From: an uncultured virus (IMG/VR IMGVR_UViG_3300031612_000002) | Taxonomy: Duplodnaviria; Heunggongvirae; Uroviricota; Caudoviricetes | Reading direction: 5' to 3' (one strand) | DNA: 55,470 nt | IMG/VR virus record: IMGVR_UViG_3300031612_000002 | Coordinates: 62,001-117,470 of that record | Shown here: positions 1-9,533 of the stretch, in pieces | How positions within the stretch are numbered: position 1 is the stretch's first letter | Layout: each line of letters starts with the position of its first letter | Notes under the pieces: model-generated | Databases searched by the model: none | Told to the model about the DNA's origin: nothing | The model's input: only the letters and a program-made list of their open reading frames with translations | Translations under genes and position numbers: made by a program

Positions 1-2
1 AT

Positions 3-176
3 TTTTTGAATCCCGAAGGTAAGTTGTTTGCATACATTCGGGTTAATGATGGTAAGTTGATTGAGTTCAAAAAGCCGTTATCATTTTACAAGTCTCGTCG
101 CAAGTTTAAAAAAGTGACGCACGATACGTTTACAGATAATTATTCAGACAACTTTCGTAAAAAGGAAAAGGTATGA
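3..176 (+). CDS. phage hypothetical protein, 5'-truncated by window edge
   Basis: Open frame FLNPEGKLFAYIR...FYKSRRKF...KV*; its stop overlaps the next ATG (ATGA). Confidence 0.6.
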   Translation, partial: FLNPEGKLFAYIRVNDGKLIEFKKPLSFYKSRRKFKKVTHDTFTDNYSDNFRKKEKV

Positions 177-388
177 TCTTATTCAGTGGTCGCTCGAAAA
201 AGAATGTCGGGTGGGAATTATTAGCATTACGCAAAGATAAGAACTTCTCAGAAGGTTTATCATTGGTAGATTTCAAGGTAAACATCTTGCGAGGCGACTT
301 TACGCTACATACTCCCATATTTCAATTGTACATTGAATTGTTAAACATAACACTATTAGATTTCAGCATTGTAAAAGTTGAACATTAG
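173..388 (+). CDS. hypothetical protein
   Basis: 71 aa ORF coupled to the upstream gene, AGGAAAAGG upstream. Confidence 0.5.
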   Translation: MILFSGRSKKNVGWELLALRKDKNFSEGLSLVDFKVNILRGDFTLHTPIFQLYIELLNITLLDFSIVKVEH

Positions 389-396
389 AGAGAATT

Positions 397-1200
397 ATGT
401 CTACCGCAATTTTTAACCCACAAGTCACATTAAATACTCTACTAAAACATGATGAAATTGAAGACATGCACAGTAATTTTGAAAATAATGTCTCGCCAAA
501 AAAGTTATCAGTTAGCATAGAAGGTGCATTGGCTGTATTACTCTATATGAATAGAACTCGTTCAATCAAGGAGGCAATGAATCTTTTCATTAACTGCTTA
601 GAAGGCAATACACTTAACGCAACAGTTCCTCTTGCAGAAGATTGCGCAAACGCTGCTGATATATTTTCATATTGGGAAAAAAAGTTCTTCATGGCGAAAT
701 TAAGTGATGATATTACACTTACGTCTTGGCGAAAAAAACTGCTTCATATGTGTAGTAATCGAAATACACCAATGATGGAATCGTACAAGAAGATGTTAAT
801 TACGTTGCCGCGAATCACTTCGTATGAAAAACGCACTGATGCTATTGCTGACAAATATGTGTCTCATGATTATAATCATCACTCTCATTGTGAATTTGAG
901 GGATTACAGTTACGTCTTATCGAAAAATATAGACATGACACAGTACGTGAGAAGTCATTCATATATAGGTTGGCAGATAATCATAATAAGGTATATGAAT
1001 TATCTATTTCAAAAAGACGCGATGGTGATTCTACTGTGTCTGACATGATTAGTACGGCATCCGCATTTGATGCATTGTTTGGTATGACAGGTAGTGTGAG
1101 ATTAGATGGTAGAGGACAATTAAAACCACTTAACAATGTGCTTCACGATAAGTTTCTGTATAAGACGCTAAAGAATATTACTTCAATTACTCCTATTTAA
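397..1200 (+). CDS. hypothetical protein
   Basis: 267 aa ORF with GAGAG RBS. Confidence 0.75.
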   Translation: MSTAIFNPQVTLNTLLKHDEIEDMHSNFENNVSPKKLSVSIEGALAVLLYMNRTRSIKEAMNLFINCLEGNTLNATVPLAEDCANAADIFSYWEKKFFMAKLSDDITLTSWRKKLLHMCSNRNTPMMESYKKMLITLPRITSYEKRTDAIADKYVSHDYNHHSHCEFEGLQLRLIEKYRHDTVREKSFIYRLADNHNKVYELSISKRRDGDSTVSDMISTASAFDALFGMTGSVRLDGRGQLKPLNNVLHDKFLYKTLKNITSITPI

Positions 1201-1267
1201 GTGTTGACAAGTAAGGCTCATTGTTATATAATAGTTACATAAGTTAATAAAGAGAGCAAGACTATGA
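1200..1267 (+). promoter_or_regulatory. early sigma70 promoter + leader + RBS cassette, copy 1
   Basis: TTGACA 1204-1209, 17 bp spacer, TATAAT 1227-1232; 68 bp identical to 2802-2869. Confidence 0.9.
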
Positions 1268-1536
1268 TTAAAACAGCAAAGGGCGCAAAGGTTTACGAGC
1301 AATGGTCTAAAGCATACGTGCGTGACCACGACGGTGTCGTATTATGGAAGTCTAATGATCGTAGTCCGTTTGAGGATGTGTTAGGTGATTTCCTAGCATT
1401 CGGTTACATTAGTCAGTTATCGTATGATAACACTGTTGTAGCAAAAGCAGCACAAGATAACGAAGCGTTAGAAAGTTTCTTTAGTAGCAAGCCTACGCGT
1501 GAGCAGTTATTTGAACGCAACGCTAATCGGTTTTAA
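1264..1536 (+). CDS. early hypothetical protein
   Basis: 90 aa ORF starting at the cassette ATG. Confidence 0.75.
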   Translation: MIKTAKGAKVYEQWSKAYVRDHDGVVLWKSNDRSPFEDVLGDFLAFGYISQLSYDNTVVAKAAQDNEALESFFSSKPTREQLFERNANRF

Positions 1537-1539
1537 ATC

Positions 1540-1752
1540 ATGATTAACTCTAATCATTTCAAAGAATCCATTGTAGTAGATATCACTGGTGAAGGTGGTA
1601 CACCTGCTAACTTAATCGCATTGGCAACTAGCCTCGCTCGTCCTGATCATGCAGATATCGTAAGAGATATGAATAGTGGTGATTACGAGCATTTAGTTAA
1701 TGTATTTGACGAACACTTTAGTGATATCGTTACGTTAACTGCGCCCACCTAA
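1540..1752 (+). CDS. conserved phage hypothetical protein
   Basis: 70 aa; VDITGEGG...MNSGDYEHLVNVFDEHF resembles a small T4-like phage family. Confidence 0.7.
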   Translation: MINSNHFKESIVVDITGEGGTPANLIALATSLARPDHADIVRDMNSGDYEHLVNVFDEHFSDIVTLTAPT

Positions 1753-1766
1753 ACGGAAAAATATTA

Positions 1767-2090
1767 ATGACCAACGAACATCCCGCTATATTAATTGCAC
1801 CAATTGATGTACAATCCAAAGTAGAAGCAGGTGCTAAATTACTAGATATACGTAATGAAGCAGATTTCAATCAATCTAAAATCAAGAATAGTCACCATCT
1901 TGATAAAGATAACATGTCGTCATATTTCAATAATATTGACAAAACCCTTCCAATCATCGTGTGTTGTTACAAAGGTATTAGTGCACGTCAAGTAGCATCC
2001 CAACTTGTAAGCACTGGATACGACGAAGTATACGTTGTTATAGGTGGTTTTAATAACTACGTTATGCAATGTCCAACTGAGTGTATTTAA
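1767..2090 (+). CDS. glpE: single-domain rhodanese / thiosulfate sulfurtransferase (GlpE-like)
   Basis: LLDIR, active-site loop CYKGISA (GlpE has CYHGNSS), VIGGF. Confidence 0.8.
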   Translation: MTNEHPAILIAPIDVQSKVEAGAKLLDIRNEADFNQSKIKNSHHLDKDNMSSYFNNIDKTLPIIVCCYKGISARQVASQLVSTGYDEVYVVIGGFNNYVMQCPTECI

Positions 2091-2103
2091 TCTGTAATAA
2101 GTG

Positions 2104-2132
2104 TTGACAGGCAATGCTTATTGTTGTATAAT
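2104..2132 (+). promoter_or_regulatory. early sigma70 promoter
   Basis: TTGACA-N17-TATAAT. Confidence 0.85.
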
Positions 2133-2161
2133 ATTTATATATAAGTTAAAGGAATTTAAAA

Positions 2162-2788
2162 ATGGCAAATCATGTACACTTTTATGTGCAATTCCATCAA
2201 ATCAATGATGATGCACGAACAAAACTGAAAGAGATGTTTGGGCGTATTCGCGAGGATGCACCACACAAATGGTTTTCTGATATCTTTGTTGAGGATGACC
2301 TGACATATGAAGAGACAGAAAAGTATGAGTGGACTACCAATAACATAGGTCCTAAGTGGAGTTATTTTGAGGACTACTCTGTCGAAGAGGGTGATGTATA
2401 TTTCGTAGGAGAATCTGCTTGGTCAGCGCCAGCACAGGGGTTGCAGAAACTACTAGGTATTCTTGTAGAATATGATCCTAAAATTATTACATCTATTATG
2501 TATGAGGATGAAGCACCAAACTTCTTTGGCGCAGATATATATGAAGGCGATGACATGTCTGATTGGATTGAATATGTTTCTGAAGAAATCATTCATCTTG
2601 TCATTAATGAATCTGAACAGTTGACAGAAGAATCTTATGTTGATGATGAATGGGTTGATGAAGCAGCAGATGTGTTCGATGAAGAAGTATGGGAAACAAT
2701 TAATAATACTCAAGCCGGGCTTGTTGGTGAATGGCTTGAAGCAATTAAGAGTGATCAAGAAGAGCAAATAAAGAATGAGAATTTGTAA
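2162..2788 (+). CDS. acidic hypothetical protein (possibly DUF1281/YubB ferredoxin-like fold)
   Basis: NIGPKW...ESAWSAP...YEDE pattern; AAGGA RBS. Confidence 0.6.
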   Translation: MANHVHFYVQFHQINDDARTKLKEMFGRIREDAPHKWFSDIFVEDDLTYEETEKYEWTTNNIGPKWSYFEDYSVEEGDVYFVGESAWSAPAQGLQKLLGILVEYDPKIITSIMYEDEAPNFFGADIYEGDDMSDWIEYVSEEIIHLVINESEQLTEESYVDDEWVDEAADVFDEEVWETINNTQAGLVGEWLEAIKSDQEEQIKNENL

Positions 2789-2801
2789 ACTTATTATAAT
2801 T

Positions 2802-2869
2802 AGTGTTGACAAGTAAGGCTCATTGTTATATAATAGTTACATAAGTTAATAAAGAGAGCAAGACTATGA
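2802..2869 (+). promoter_or_regulatory. early sigma70 promoter + leader + RBS cassette, copy 2
   Basis: Identical to 1200-1267. Confidence 0.9.
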
Positions 2870-3438
2870 AAGATAAAATTATATTGACAGATTGCGACGG
2901 AGTGTGTCTAGATTGGGAAGCATCTTTCCAAGAATGGATGGCTACTAAAGGATATGTACAACAACAGTTTGCAGTATATGACATTTCCGTTATGTATGGT
3001 ATTGAGAAAGCAGAAGGAAAGCGTTTAATACATGAGTTTAACAACTGTGGTTGGATGGCATCTTTACCAGCGATGCGTGATTCACGTTCTGGTATTGCGA
3101 AGTTGGTTGAAGCGGGCTACAAGTTTGTTGCAATCACTAGTTTAAGTTTAGATCTAAAGTCAAAAGCATTGCGTGTTCGCAACTTGAAAGAGTTATACGG
3201 TGATGCATTTGTTGATGTAATCTGCCTTGATACGGGTGCTGATAAAGATGAAGAACTAGAACACTATCGCGGTAGTGAAATGTATTGGATTGAGGATAAG
3301 TGGTCTAATGCTGTGTTGGGCGCAGATTTGGGATTGAAATCAATTTTAATTGACCATCCTCATAATGCTGCATATAGTGATGAAAGAATAGTACGAGCGA
3401 GTACTTGGGCAGATATAGTCGAGGAAATCCTCGGTTAA
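2866..3438 (+). CDS. HAD-family phosphatase/nucleotidase (T4 gp30.2-like)
   Basis: ILTDCDGV (DxD motif I), ITS, WIEDK. Confidence 0.8.
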   Translation: MKDKIILTDCDGVCLDWEASFQEWMATKGYVQQQFAVYDISVMYGIEKAEGKRLIHEFNNCGWMASLPAMRDSRSGIAKLVEAGYKFVAITSLSLDLKSKALRVRNLKELYGDAFVDVICLDTGADKDEELEHYRGSEMYWIEDKWSNAVLGADLGLKSILIDHPHNAAYSDERIVRASTWADIVEEILG

Positions 3439-4179
3439 TTAGTCTTCATCACCATAAATTGTTAATATGGCTTGTACTACGATATGTCGTTCTATGTCTT
3501 GTTTTTCGAATTCAATGACACCGATCATATCACTTTTTTGTTCTTTAAGTCGGATTAAAAAGTCTTTTAGACCGTTCGCTTCAAACCCTCTATCGTGCTG
3601 TGCGAGATCGCCTGTTACGAAGATGCGACTATTTGTGCCGATACGTGTTAGAAGCATTTTCATTTGACTTGGTGTGGCGTTTTGCATTTCATCTCCGATG
3701 ATCCATGCATTTTTAAATGTGCGTCCTCTCATGTATGCGAGTGGTGCGACTTCGATAACGCCATCTTCTACCATACTTTCGATTTCTTGTGGTGTCCAAT
3801 ATTCTTCAAATACGTCGAATATTGGTCGAGTCCATGGAGCCATTTTTTCTACTAGACTGCCTGGAAGAAAGCCGTGTTGTTCGTCTACACTAACTGCGGG
3901 TCGTGTAATGACTATTTTTTCACATGTGCCTGCTTTGAATGCTCGAATAGCGGCTAAAACTGCTAGCATGGTTTTTCCTGTTCCCGCTGGTCCCATTGCG
4001 AATACTATGTGTCTATTGTTGTCATCGAGTAATTCGATGTAGTCTTCTTGTCTGCGGTTTTTTGGAATCATGGTAACGAATCGCTCTCTGCGCTTCATTC
4101 CATTAAGTTGAATAACGTCCTGTTTAACATCGTGATCTTGACGTTGTTGGTTTTTTGTTTTTCTTGCTCGTCTGGCCAT
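3439..4179 (-). CDS. phoH: PhoH-family ATPase
   Basis: GPAGTGKT, ITRPAV, GFLPG, LAYMRGRTF, DEMQN, TGDLAQHD. Confidence 0.95.
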   Translation of the reverse strand: MARRARKTKNQQRQDHDVKQDVIQLNGMKRRERFVTMIPKNRRQEDYIELLDDNNRHIVFAMGPAGTGKTMLAVLAAIRAFKAGTCEKIVITRPAVSVDEQHGFLPGSLVEKMAPWTRPIFDVFEEYWTPQEIESMVEDGVIEVAPLAYMRGRTFKNAWIIGDEMQNATPSQMKMLLTRIGTNSRIFVTGDLAQHDRGFEANGLKDFLIRLKEQKSDMIGVIEFEKQDIERHIVVQAILTIYGDED

Positions 4180-4233
4180 TAAAAACTCCTTTTAAGTTTT
4201 AGTGAGTGTGCCTCATACTTGCTCGTACACTAT

Positions 4234-4239
4234 TATTTA
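4234..4239 (-). promoter_or_regulatory. late-type TAAATA promoter for phoH
   Basis: CTAAATAATAGTG on - strand upstream of phoH. Confidence 0.6.
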
Positions 4240-4308
4240 GCATTTTTTTAATGCTCACATTAACAACATATATAATTAATATACAGTAAGTCAATTAATA
4301 AAAAAGAC

Positions 4309-4314
4309 TAAATA
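4309..4314 (+). promoter_or_regulatory. late-type TAAATA promoter
   Basis: TAAATA-ctgtt-A, followed by AGGAG RBS. Confidence 0.65.
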
Positions 4315-4342
4315 CTGTTATATTAATAGTTAGGAGAATACT

Positions 4343-4864
4343 ATGGAACAAACAGACATCATTACCCAGTTGGGTAAGAACATCAAGCGAAATTCGGCAT
4401 TAGAAACATTAATGCAAATTGATGGTGTATTAGAGTCATTAAATGTGTATGCATATAAGAACTGGATTGAAGGCGAAATCGTAGACGGTCCGCATATCGA
4501 GCGTTATTGGGTAACAGTGACTTTGTTATATCCGCATAAGATGATGCCAGATCCTACTGGAGCAGAACGATTGCTTAACAATGGTTGTAAGGTATTCTAT
4601 ACAAAAGATACACTTACTACAGCAGCAAAATTAATCGAGCCAGAAGATACTGAGATAGACCCAAATCATTCGAACAAGCGTAGAGCAAAGAAGATTGAAC
4701 GTCCAGTATGGTTGGTTACGCTTGAAGTACCACGTGGTTTAATCGATACAGTTGAGACAAGTCGTGTGAAAGTAGATGATATGCAGTTTGATAGTCATTC
4801 AGTCGAGCAAGCATATGATCAAAATTTAGGAGACGATGATGCAATCATATCAGACGACACTTAA
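4343..4864 (+). CDS. conserved jumbo-phage hypothetical protein
   Basis: 173 aa, strong AGGAG RBS. Confidence 0.8.
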   Translation: MEQTDIITQLGKNIKRNSALETLMQIDGVLESLNVYAYKNWIEGEIVDGPHIERYWVTVTLLYPHKMMPDPTGAERLLNNGCKVFYTKDTLTTAAKLIEPEDTEIDPNHSNKRRAKKIERPVWLVTLEVPRGLIDTVETSRVKVDDMQFDSHSVEQAYDQNLGDDDAIISDDT

Positions 4865-5336
4865 TGAAGCAATGCAGTACAATGATCTACGTGGTCTTGT
4901 AAGCAATGTGGTTAGTATTGATCAATACAAAAGTAAGATTGGAGATGACAAGAACATTGTTGTAGTCGCACTTGAAGTTGATCATATTGAAGCAGCCTCA
5001 GATCTTAGTCAGTTCATAGAGACTGGGCACAAAGATGCAATAGATGTTGATGTATCAGTGGGTCCTACACCAGAAGGAAAATACACGGTATTTGTTGAAT
5101 ACAATCGTAACAGTTTCCTATTCAAGTTAATTGATGTGATGTTGCAAGACATTCTCAATGTTGACAATGAAGTTGCTTATTGGCAATTTGTTTCTTACAA
5201 AGACACTATTCCAAAAGAATGGACACATGAAGAGTTTGAAGAAGCAGTACACACCTCAAGTTATGAATATGTTATTGCAACTGATGCAGATGCAAAAGTA
5301 ATATCAGAACGAATTAAGTTTCTAACTAATTACTAA
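4836..5336 (+). CDS. hypothetical protein
   Basis: 166 aa, overlaps upstream gene, GGAG RBS. Confidence 0.75.
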   Translation: MMQSYQTTLNEAMQYNDLRGLVSNVVSIDQYKSKIGDDKNIVVVALEVDHIEAASDLSQFIETGHKDAIDVDVSVGPTPEGKYTVFVEYNRNSFLFKLIDVMLQDILNVDNEVAYWQFVSYKDTIPKEWTHEEFEEAVHTSSYEYVIATDADAKVISERIKFLTNY

Positions 5337-5557
5337 TGGCTAAGGAAGAAACAATAAGAGTAACGGGCACTGTAACCGAGTGCCTACCAAATGCCCAATT
5401 TAGAGTTAAGTTAGAAGCGAATCAACATATTCTTCTAGCACACTTGAGTGGTAAGATGCGAAAAATGAATATCAATGTACTTCTAGATGATAACGTTGAA
5501 GTAGAAATATCACCATATGATTTGACAAAATGTAGAATCGTATATAGGAACAAATAA
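5336..5557 (+). CDS. infA: translation initiation factor IF-1
   Basis: [49 protein letters not shown]. Confidence 0.95.
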   Translation: MAKEETIRVTGTVTECLPNAQFRVKLEANQHILLAHLSGKMRKMNINVLLDDNVEVEISPYDLTKCRIVYRNK

Positions 5558-6027
5558 TGTTTTCACGTATTAAAATATATCTAATAGCAGCAGTGATCTT
5601 CGGCGCAGTTGGTTATGGTGCATGGCAATATTATAAATATACCCAAGCACAAATTCAAGCATATGCAGTCAGTGCAGCACAATCGGAACAAGCACGACAA
5701 TCCACTGATACGGCATTGAAAGCAGTACAAGTTGATTTGATAAATGTTAAAGCACAGTTTTCGGTTGTGACTACTAAATTTCAACAAGCGAACCTACGAG
5801 TTAAAGATCTACAGGCTAAATTAAGTAGACATGAACTAGGTGCATTAGCAGAAGCAAAGCCTGGATTAGTAGAGAAGATTGTTGACAATGGCACTAAAGA
5901 TGTGCTAAGATGTTTTGAGATAGTAAGTGGTTCACCACTAACAAAGGAAGAATTAAATGCAGTTAAGAAAAGTCAAACGAATAGCAGTTGTCCTGACATT
6001 GCTAATCCCAACTATATTCCTAAGTAG
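5557..6027 (+). CDS. inner-membrane spanin (Rz-like)
   Basis: N-terminal TM helix, coiled coil, AKPGLVEKIVDNGT, C-terminal Cys; overlapped by a lipoprotein gene. Confidence 0.7.
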   Translation: MFSRIKIYLIAAVIFGAVGYGAWQYYKYTQAQIQAYAVSAAQSEQARQSTDTALKAVQVDLINVKAQFSVVTTKFQQANLRVKDLQAKLSRHELGALAEAKPGLVEKIVDNGTKDVLRCFEIVSGSPLTKEELNAVKKSQTNSSCPDIANPNYIPK

Positions 6028-6424
6028 TTGTTCATCTGTACCAAAGACAGTTACATACCAATCAGCACCCATTGACAAGCCTAATTTAATATTACCAGAT
6101 GCTACTGTGTTGGAATTGCGTGATGTAGATTTCGTGATAGTGACGCTTGCTAATATGGATGAAGTGATGTTAGAGTTACAAAAAGTAAACAGTAATATTG
6201 CCTTATTTGCATTAACTGATATTGGGTACGAAAATTTAAGTCTGAATAATGCCGATATATTAAAATTAGTAGCAGAGCAAAAATCAATCATAGCAGCATA
6301 CAAATCGTACTACGAGGGTATAAATACTAATGTCGATGATTACAACGATAATCGCGATGTAACTATTCCAGTTCCCGTTGAAGCAGATATTGCTGACAAA
6401 GTGCTAAAGATATTTAATGACTAG
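5957..6424 (+). CDS. outer-membrane spanin lipoprotein (Rz1-like)
   Basis: Signal peptide with lipobox LSSC; overlaps the 3' end of the i-spanin. Confidence 0.7.
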   Translation: MQLRKVKRIAVVLTLLIPTIFLSSCSSVPKTVTYQSAPIDKPNLILPDATVLELRDVDFVIVTLANMDEVMLELQKVNSNIALFALTDIGYENLSLNNADILKLVAEQKSIIAAYKSYYEGINTNVDDYNDNRDVTIPVPVEADIADKVLKIFND

Positions 6425-6585
6425 TAAAAAACGCAGTTTATATATAGTGATGTATAACTCATGTAGAAACCTAGTTAAATACAGTTACACTAGAAGTGTG
6501 ATTGTTCATTGTTGAGCAATGAGATATATGGCAACGTTGACGAAATAGTTTATAGGAACACACTATTTCGACAATAAGAAACACT

Positions 6586-7281
6586 ATGAAACAAACAAAC
6601 AGCAATCCTTGGGATATACTAAACATCGCGACAACTTCGTCCCAGGAAGAGATAAAACACGCATTTAAGCAACTTGCAATGAAGCATCATCCAGATCGTG
6701 GTGGTAAAGCGGTTGATTTCAATCGTATTGCGGTAGCATACGAGCAATTACGAAAGAGTACTATTGTACCTATTATTGTAACTCCACATACACATTTGGT
6801 AAATGTAAAATTAACAATCAAGCAGCAGATAGAAGGTGTAGATGATTACATTGAGACAGATACTGGCGAGATATTAAAAGTAACAATACCAGCAGGATCT
6901 AAGTTAGATGATAAGTATAAAGTGAACACACCTATTGACAAATATATTGTTAATATCAAAGAATTATCACATAAAGCATTGACAAGACACGGTTTATCGC
7001 TTATAATGAATATCACAATTGATATTGTAGATGCAATGCGAGGCAGTGTAATTCCAGTAGTAGGTCCGTGTGATGAACATTTAGAAATAGAAATTCCAGC
7101 GGGAACGTCAGATGGTAAAGTTATTGTTGTTCCACAAAAGGGATTGATGAATAAACTAACAAAGAAGCGTGCAGCTTTGCACATTATTGTAAATACAAAA
7201 ATCCCAACATTAGATACTGATACTAGTATCGATCAATTTATATTAAGGTTAAGAGAATGTCAGAAATTGAAAACATTGTAG
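6586..7281 (+). CDS. DnaJ/CbpA-like co-chaperone
   Basis: J-domain HPDRGG; C-terminal IPAG repeats; no zinc finger. Confidence 0.9.
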   Translation: MKQTNSNPWDILNIATTSSQEEIKHAFKQLAMKHHPDRGGKAVDFNRIAVAYEQLRKSTIVPIIVTPHTHLVNVKLTIKQQIEGVDDYIETDTGEILKVTIPAGSKLDDKYKVNTPIDKYIVNIKELSHKALTRHGLSLIMNITIDIVDAMRGSVIPVVGPCDEHLEIEIPAGTSDGKVIVVPQKGLMNKLTKKRAALHIIVNTKIPTLDTDTSIDQFILRLRECQKLKTL

Positions 7282-9533
7282 TTCGCGCAATTGATCTAGC
7301 GAAAAGTCACAAGCATGAATATGTGACGCTAGAGCATTTGGCTTTGGTCATTTTAGATGACACAGCAGTACGTATTATGTGTTATGAAATACAAGCAGAT
7401 TGTGAGAGTATCCAAATAGCGATTGAAGATTATCTAGCAGCAGAATGCGATGAATTGGTTATGTCATCAGATGAAGAGGTCACACCACGTAAGACACAGA
7501 TGTTAGAGCGAGTATTCAATCGTGCTATGACACAGGCTGTATTTTACGGAAAGAAATCAATCAACAATGTTGATTTACTGTTGAGCATCTTGTCAGAAGA
7601 GCAATCAGTAACTGCACACTACGCATACGAGTGTGGGTTAGATAAGCATTCATTGTCAGCATGGTTACATGACGTGAATATGGCAGTTGGCGATGCGTTG
7701 TCCGATGGCACGGGCGCCCGCACCACTAGTGCACCATCACGTCAAGCAGCAGCACCAACTGCGCTTGAGCAATTCACTGTTAATATGAATGAAGAATCGA
7801 GTAATTATGATGATGTAGTTGGTCGTCGTGATGAGTTGCGAGATCTTGTACAAACATTAGCACGTAAGAAGAAATCCAATGCAGTATTGGTAGGTGGTAG
7901 TGGTGTTGGTAAAACTGCTATTGTAGAAGGATTAGCAAAACTTATCGTAGAAGATGAAGTACCAGATGTTATTAAAGGCAAAACAGTATTGATGCTCGAT
8001 ATGGCAAAATTGGTTGCAGGTACTAAGTATCGTGGTGATTTTGAAGAACGCATGAAATTACTTGTAGAAGAATTAGAAAAGCGCGACGATGTCATATTGT
8101 TCATTGATGAAATTCATATGGTGATCGGAGCAGGATCTACGAGTGGCGGGTCAGGTGGAATGGACGCAGGTAATTTACTAAAACCATCATTATCTAGCGG
8201 CAAATTAAAAGTAATTGGTGCAACCACAGATCAAGAATATCGTAAATTATTTGAAAAAGAAGCAGCATTGGCACGACGATTCACTAAGATTAATATTGAA
8301 GAACCATCTGTAGAAGAAGCAAAAGTGATTCTGCGTAATGCAGCAATGTCATATGAAATTCATTATGGGTTTGAGATTGAACCATCTGCGTGTGATTTGG
8401 CAGTTGATTTAAGTGCAGAGTATGTATTTAATAAGAAATTACCAGATAAGGCATTTGATGTAATTGATCGCGCATGTGCATTCAATAAGATTCAACCTAG
8501 CGACGATCAAGTTACATTGATAACTGACGAAGCAATTCGTGCAGAATTATCTCGCTATACTGGTATCCCAGCAGAGCATTTGGGAACTAAAGCAGAAGAA
8601 CAAACAAGTAATAAACATACTCAAGTAGAGACATTCCTACGAAACAATGTATTTGGACAAGAAGAAGCGATCAATCGTGTAATCAATTCAATTACCATTA
8701 GTTTAGCAGGATTAAAAGAACCAAACAAGCCTATCGCAAGTTATCTATTCACTGGTCCCACTGGTGTTGGTAAAACTGAAACAGCGAAGCGATTATCAGA
8801 ATCGATGGATATGAAACTTGTACGATTTGATATGAGTGAGTATCAAGAAGCACATTCAGTATCTAAGTTAATCGGTTCACCTCCTGGTTATGTCGGACAT
8901 GGTGACGGCAAAGCGGGAGATGGTTTGTTGATCACTGCATTGGAAGATTCACCAAATTGCGTATTGTTGTTAGACGAAGTAGAAAAAGCACATCCAGATA
9001 TTATGTCAGTATTATTAGCATTATTGGATGATGGTGTAATCACGTCTAGTACAGGTAAAAAGGTATCGGGTAAGAATTCAATCATCATTATGACATCTAA
9101 CTTAGGTGCACGTGAAGGTTCAAAGAAAGCGATTGGATTTGGTGATCAAGCATATAACGCGTTAGCAGTTAATGAAGCAATCAACAAATTCTTTGCACCA
9201 GAATTCCGAAATCGCTTAGATGGTATTGTACAATTTAATGCATTAAAATTAAAATATATGCGCAGTATCGTACTAAAGTTCTTGGGACAATTAGAAGGTT
9301 ATATCGCAGCACGTGGTGTTGAGATTGAATGGGATGAAAGTGTATTAGTATTCCTTGAAACAGAAGGTTATGATCCAGCGATGGGTGCACGACCGCTGTC
9401 ACGACTAATTAACGAGCGTATTAAATTACCATTAGCAAAGCATATTATGAATGACACCATCTCTGAAAAACTGATGATCAGTTATACAGACGGTGAAGTG
9501 TTAATAACAAATAAAGAACTGGAGGCAGTGTGA
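7257..9533 (+). CDS. clpA: ATP-dependent Clp protease ATPase subunit ClpA
   Basis: Clp N-domain (HEYVTLEHL), two AAA modules (GVGKT, FIDEIH; GPTGVGKT, LLDEVEKAH), IGF loop, no ClpB M-domain. Confidence 0.93.
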   Translation: MSEIENIVVRAIDLAKSHKHEYVTLEHLALVILDDTAVRIMCYEIQADCESIQIAIEDYLAAECDELVMSSDEEVTPRKTQMLERVFNRAMTQAVFYGKKSINNVDLLLSILSEEQSVTAHYAYECGLDKHSLSAWLHDVNMAVGDALSDGTGARTTSAPSRQAAAPTALEQFTVNMNEESSNYDDVVGRRDELRDLVQTLARKKKSNAVLVGGSGVGKTAIVEGLAKLIVEDEVPDVIKGKTVLMLDMAKLVAGTKYRGDFEERMKLLVEELEKRDDVILFIDEIHMVIGAGSTSGGSGGMDAGNLLKPSLSSGKLKVIGATTDQEYRKLFEKEAALARRFTKINIEEPSVEEAKVILRNAAMSYEIHYGFEIEPSACDLAVDLSAEYVFNKKLPDKAFDVIDRACAFNKIQPSDDQVTLITDEAIRAELSRYTGIPAEHLGTKAEEQTSNKHTQVETFLRNNVFGQEEAINRVINSITISLAGLKEPNKPIASYLFTGPTGVGKTETAKRLSESMDMKLVRFDMSEYQEAHSVSKLIGSPPGYVGHGDGKAGDGLLITALEDSPNCVLLLDEVEKAHPDIMSVLLALLDDGVITSSTGKKVSGKNSIIIMTSNLGAREGSKKAIGFGDQAYNALAVNEAINKFFAPEFRNRLDGIVQFNALKLKYMRSIVLKFLGQLEGYIAARGVEIEWDESVLVFLETEGYDPAMGARPLSRLINERIKLPLAKHIMNDTISEKLMISYTDGEVLITNKELEAV

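Noticed and set aside
1200..2869. Direct repeats as a CRISPR array or IS ends
   Set aside because: Spacing is 1.6 kb, each copy is a promoter-RBS unit, and there is no cas or transposase gene
3467..4042. Plus-strand ORFs inside phoH, and similar antisense ORFs inside clpA, pepA, polB and rSAM genes
   Set aside because: Shadow frames of well-supported genes, without RBS or motifs
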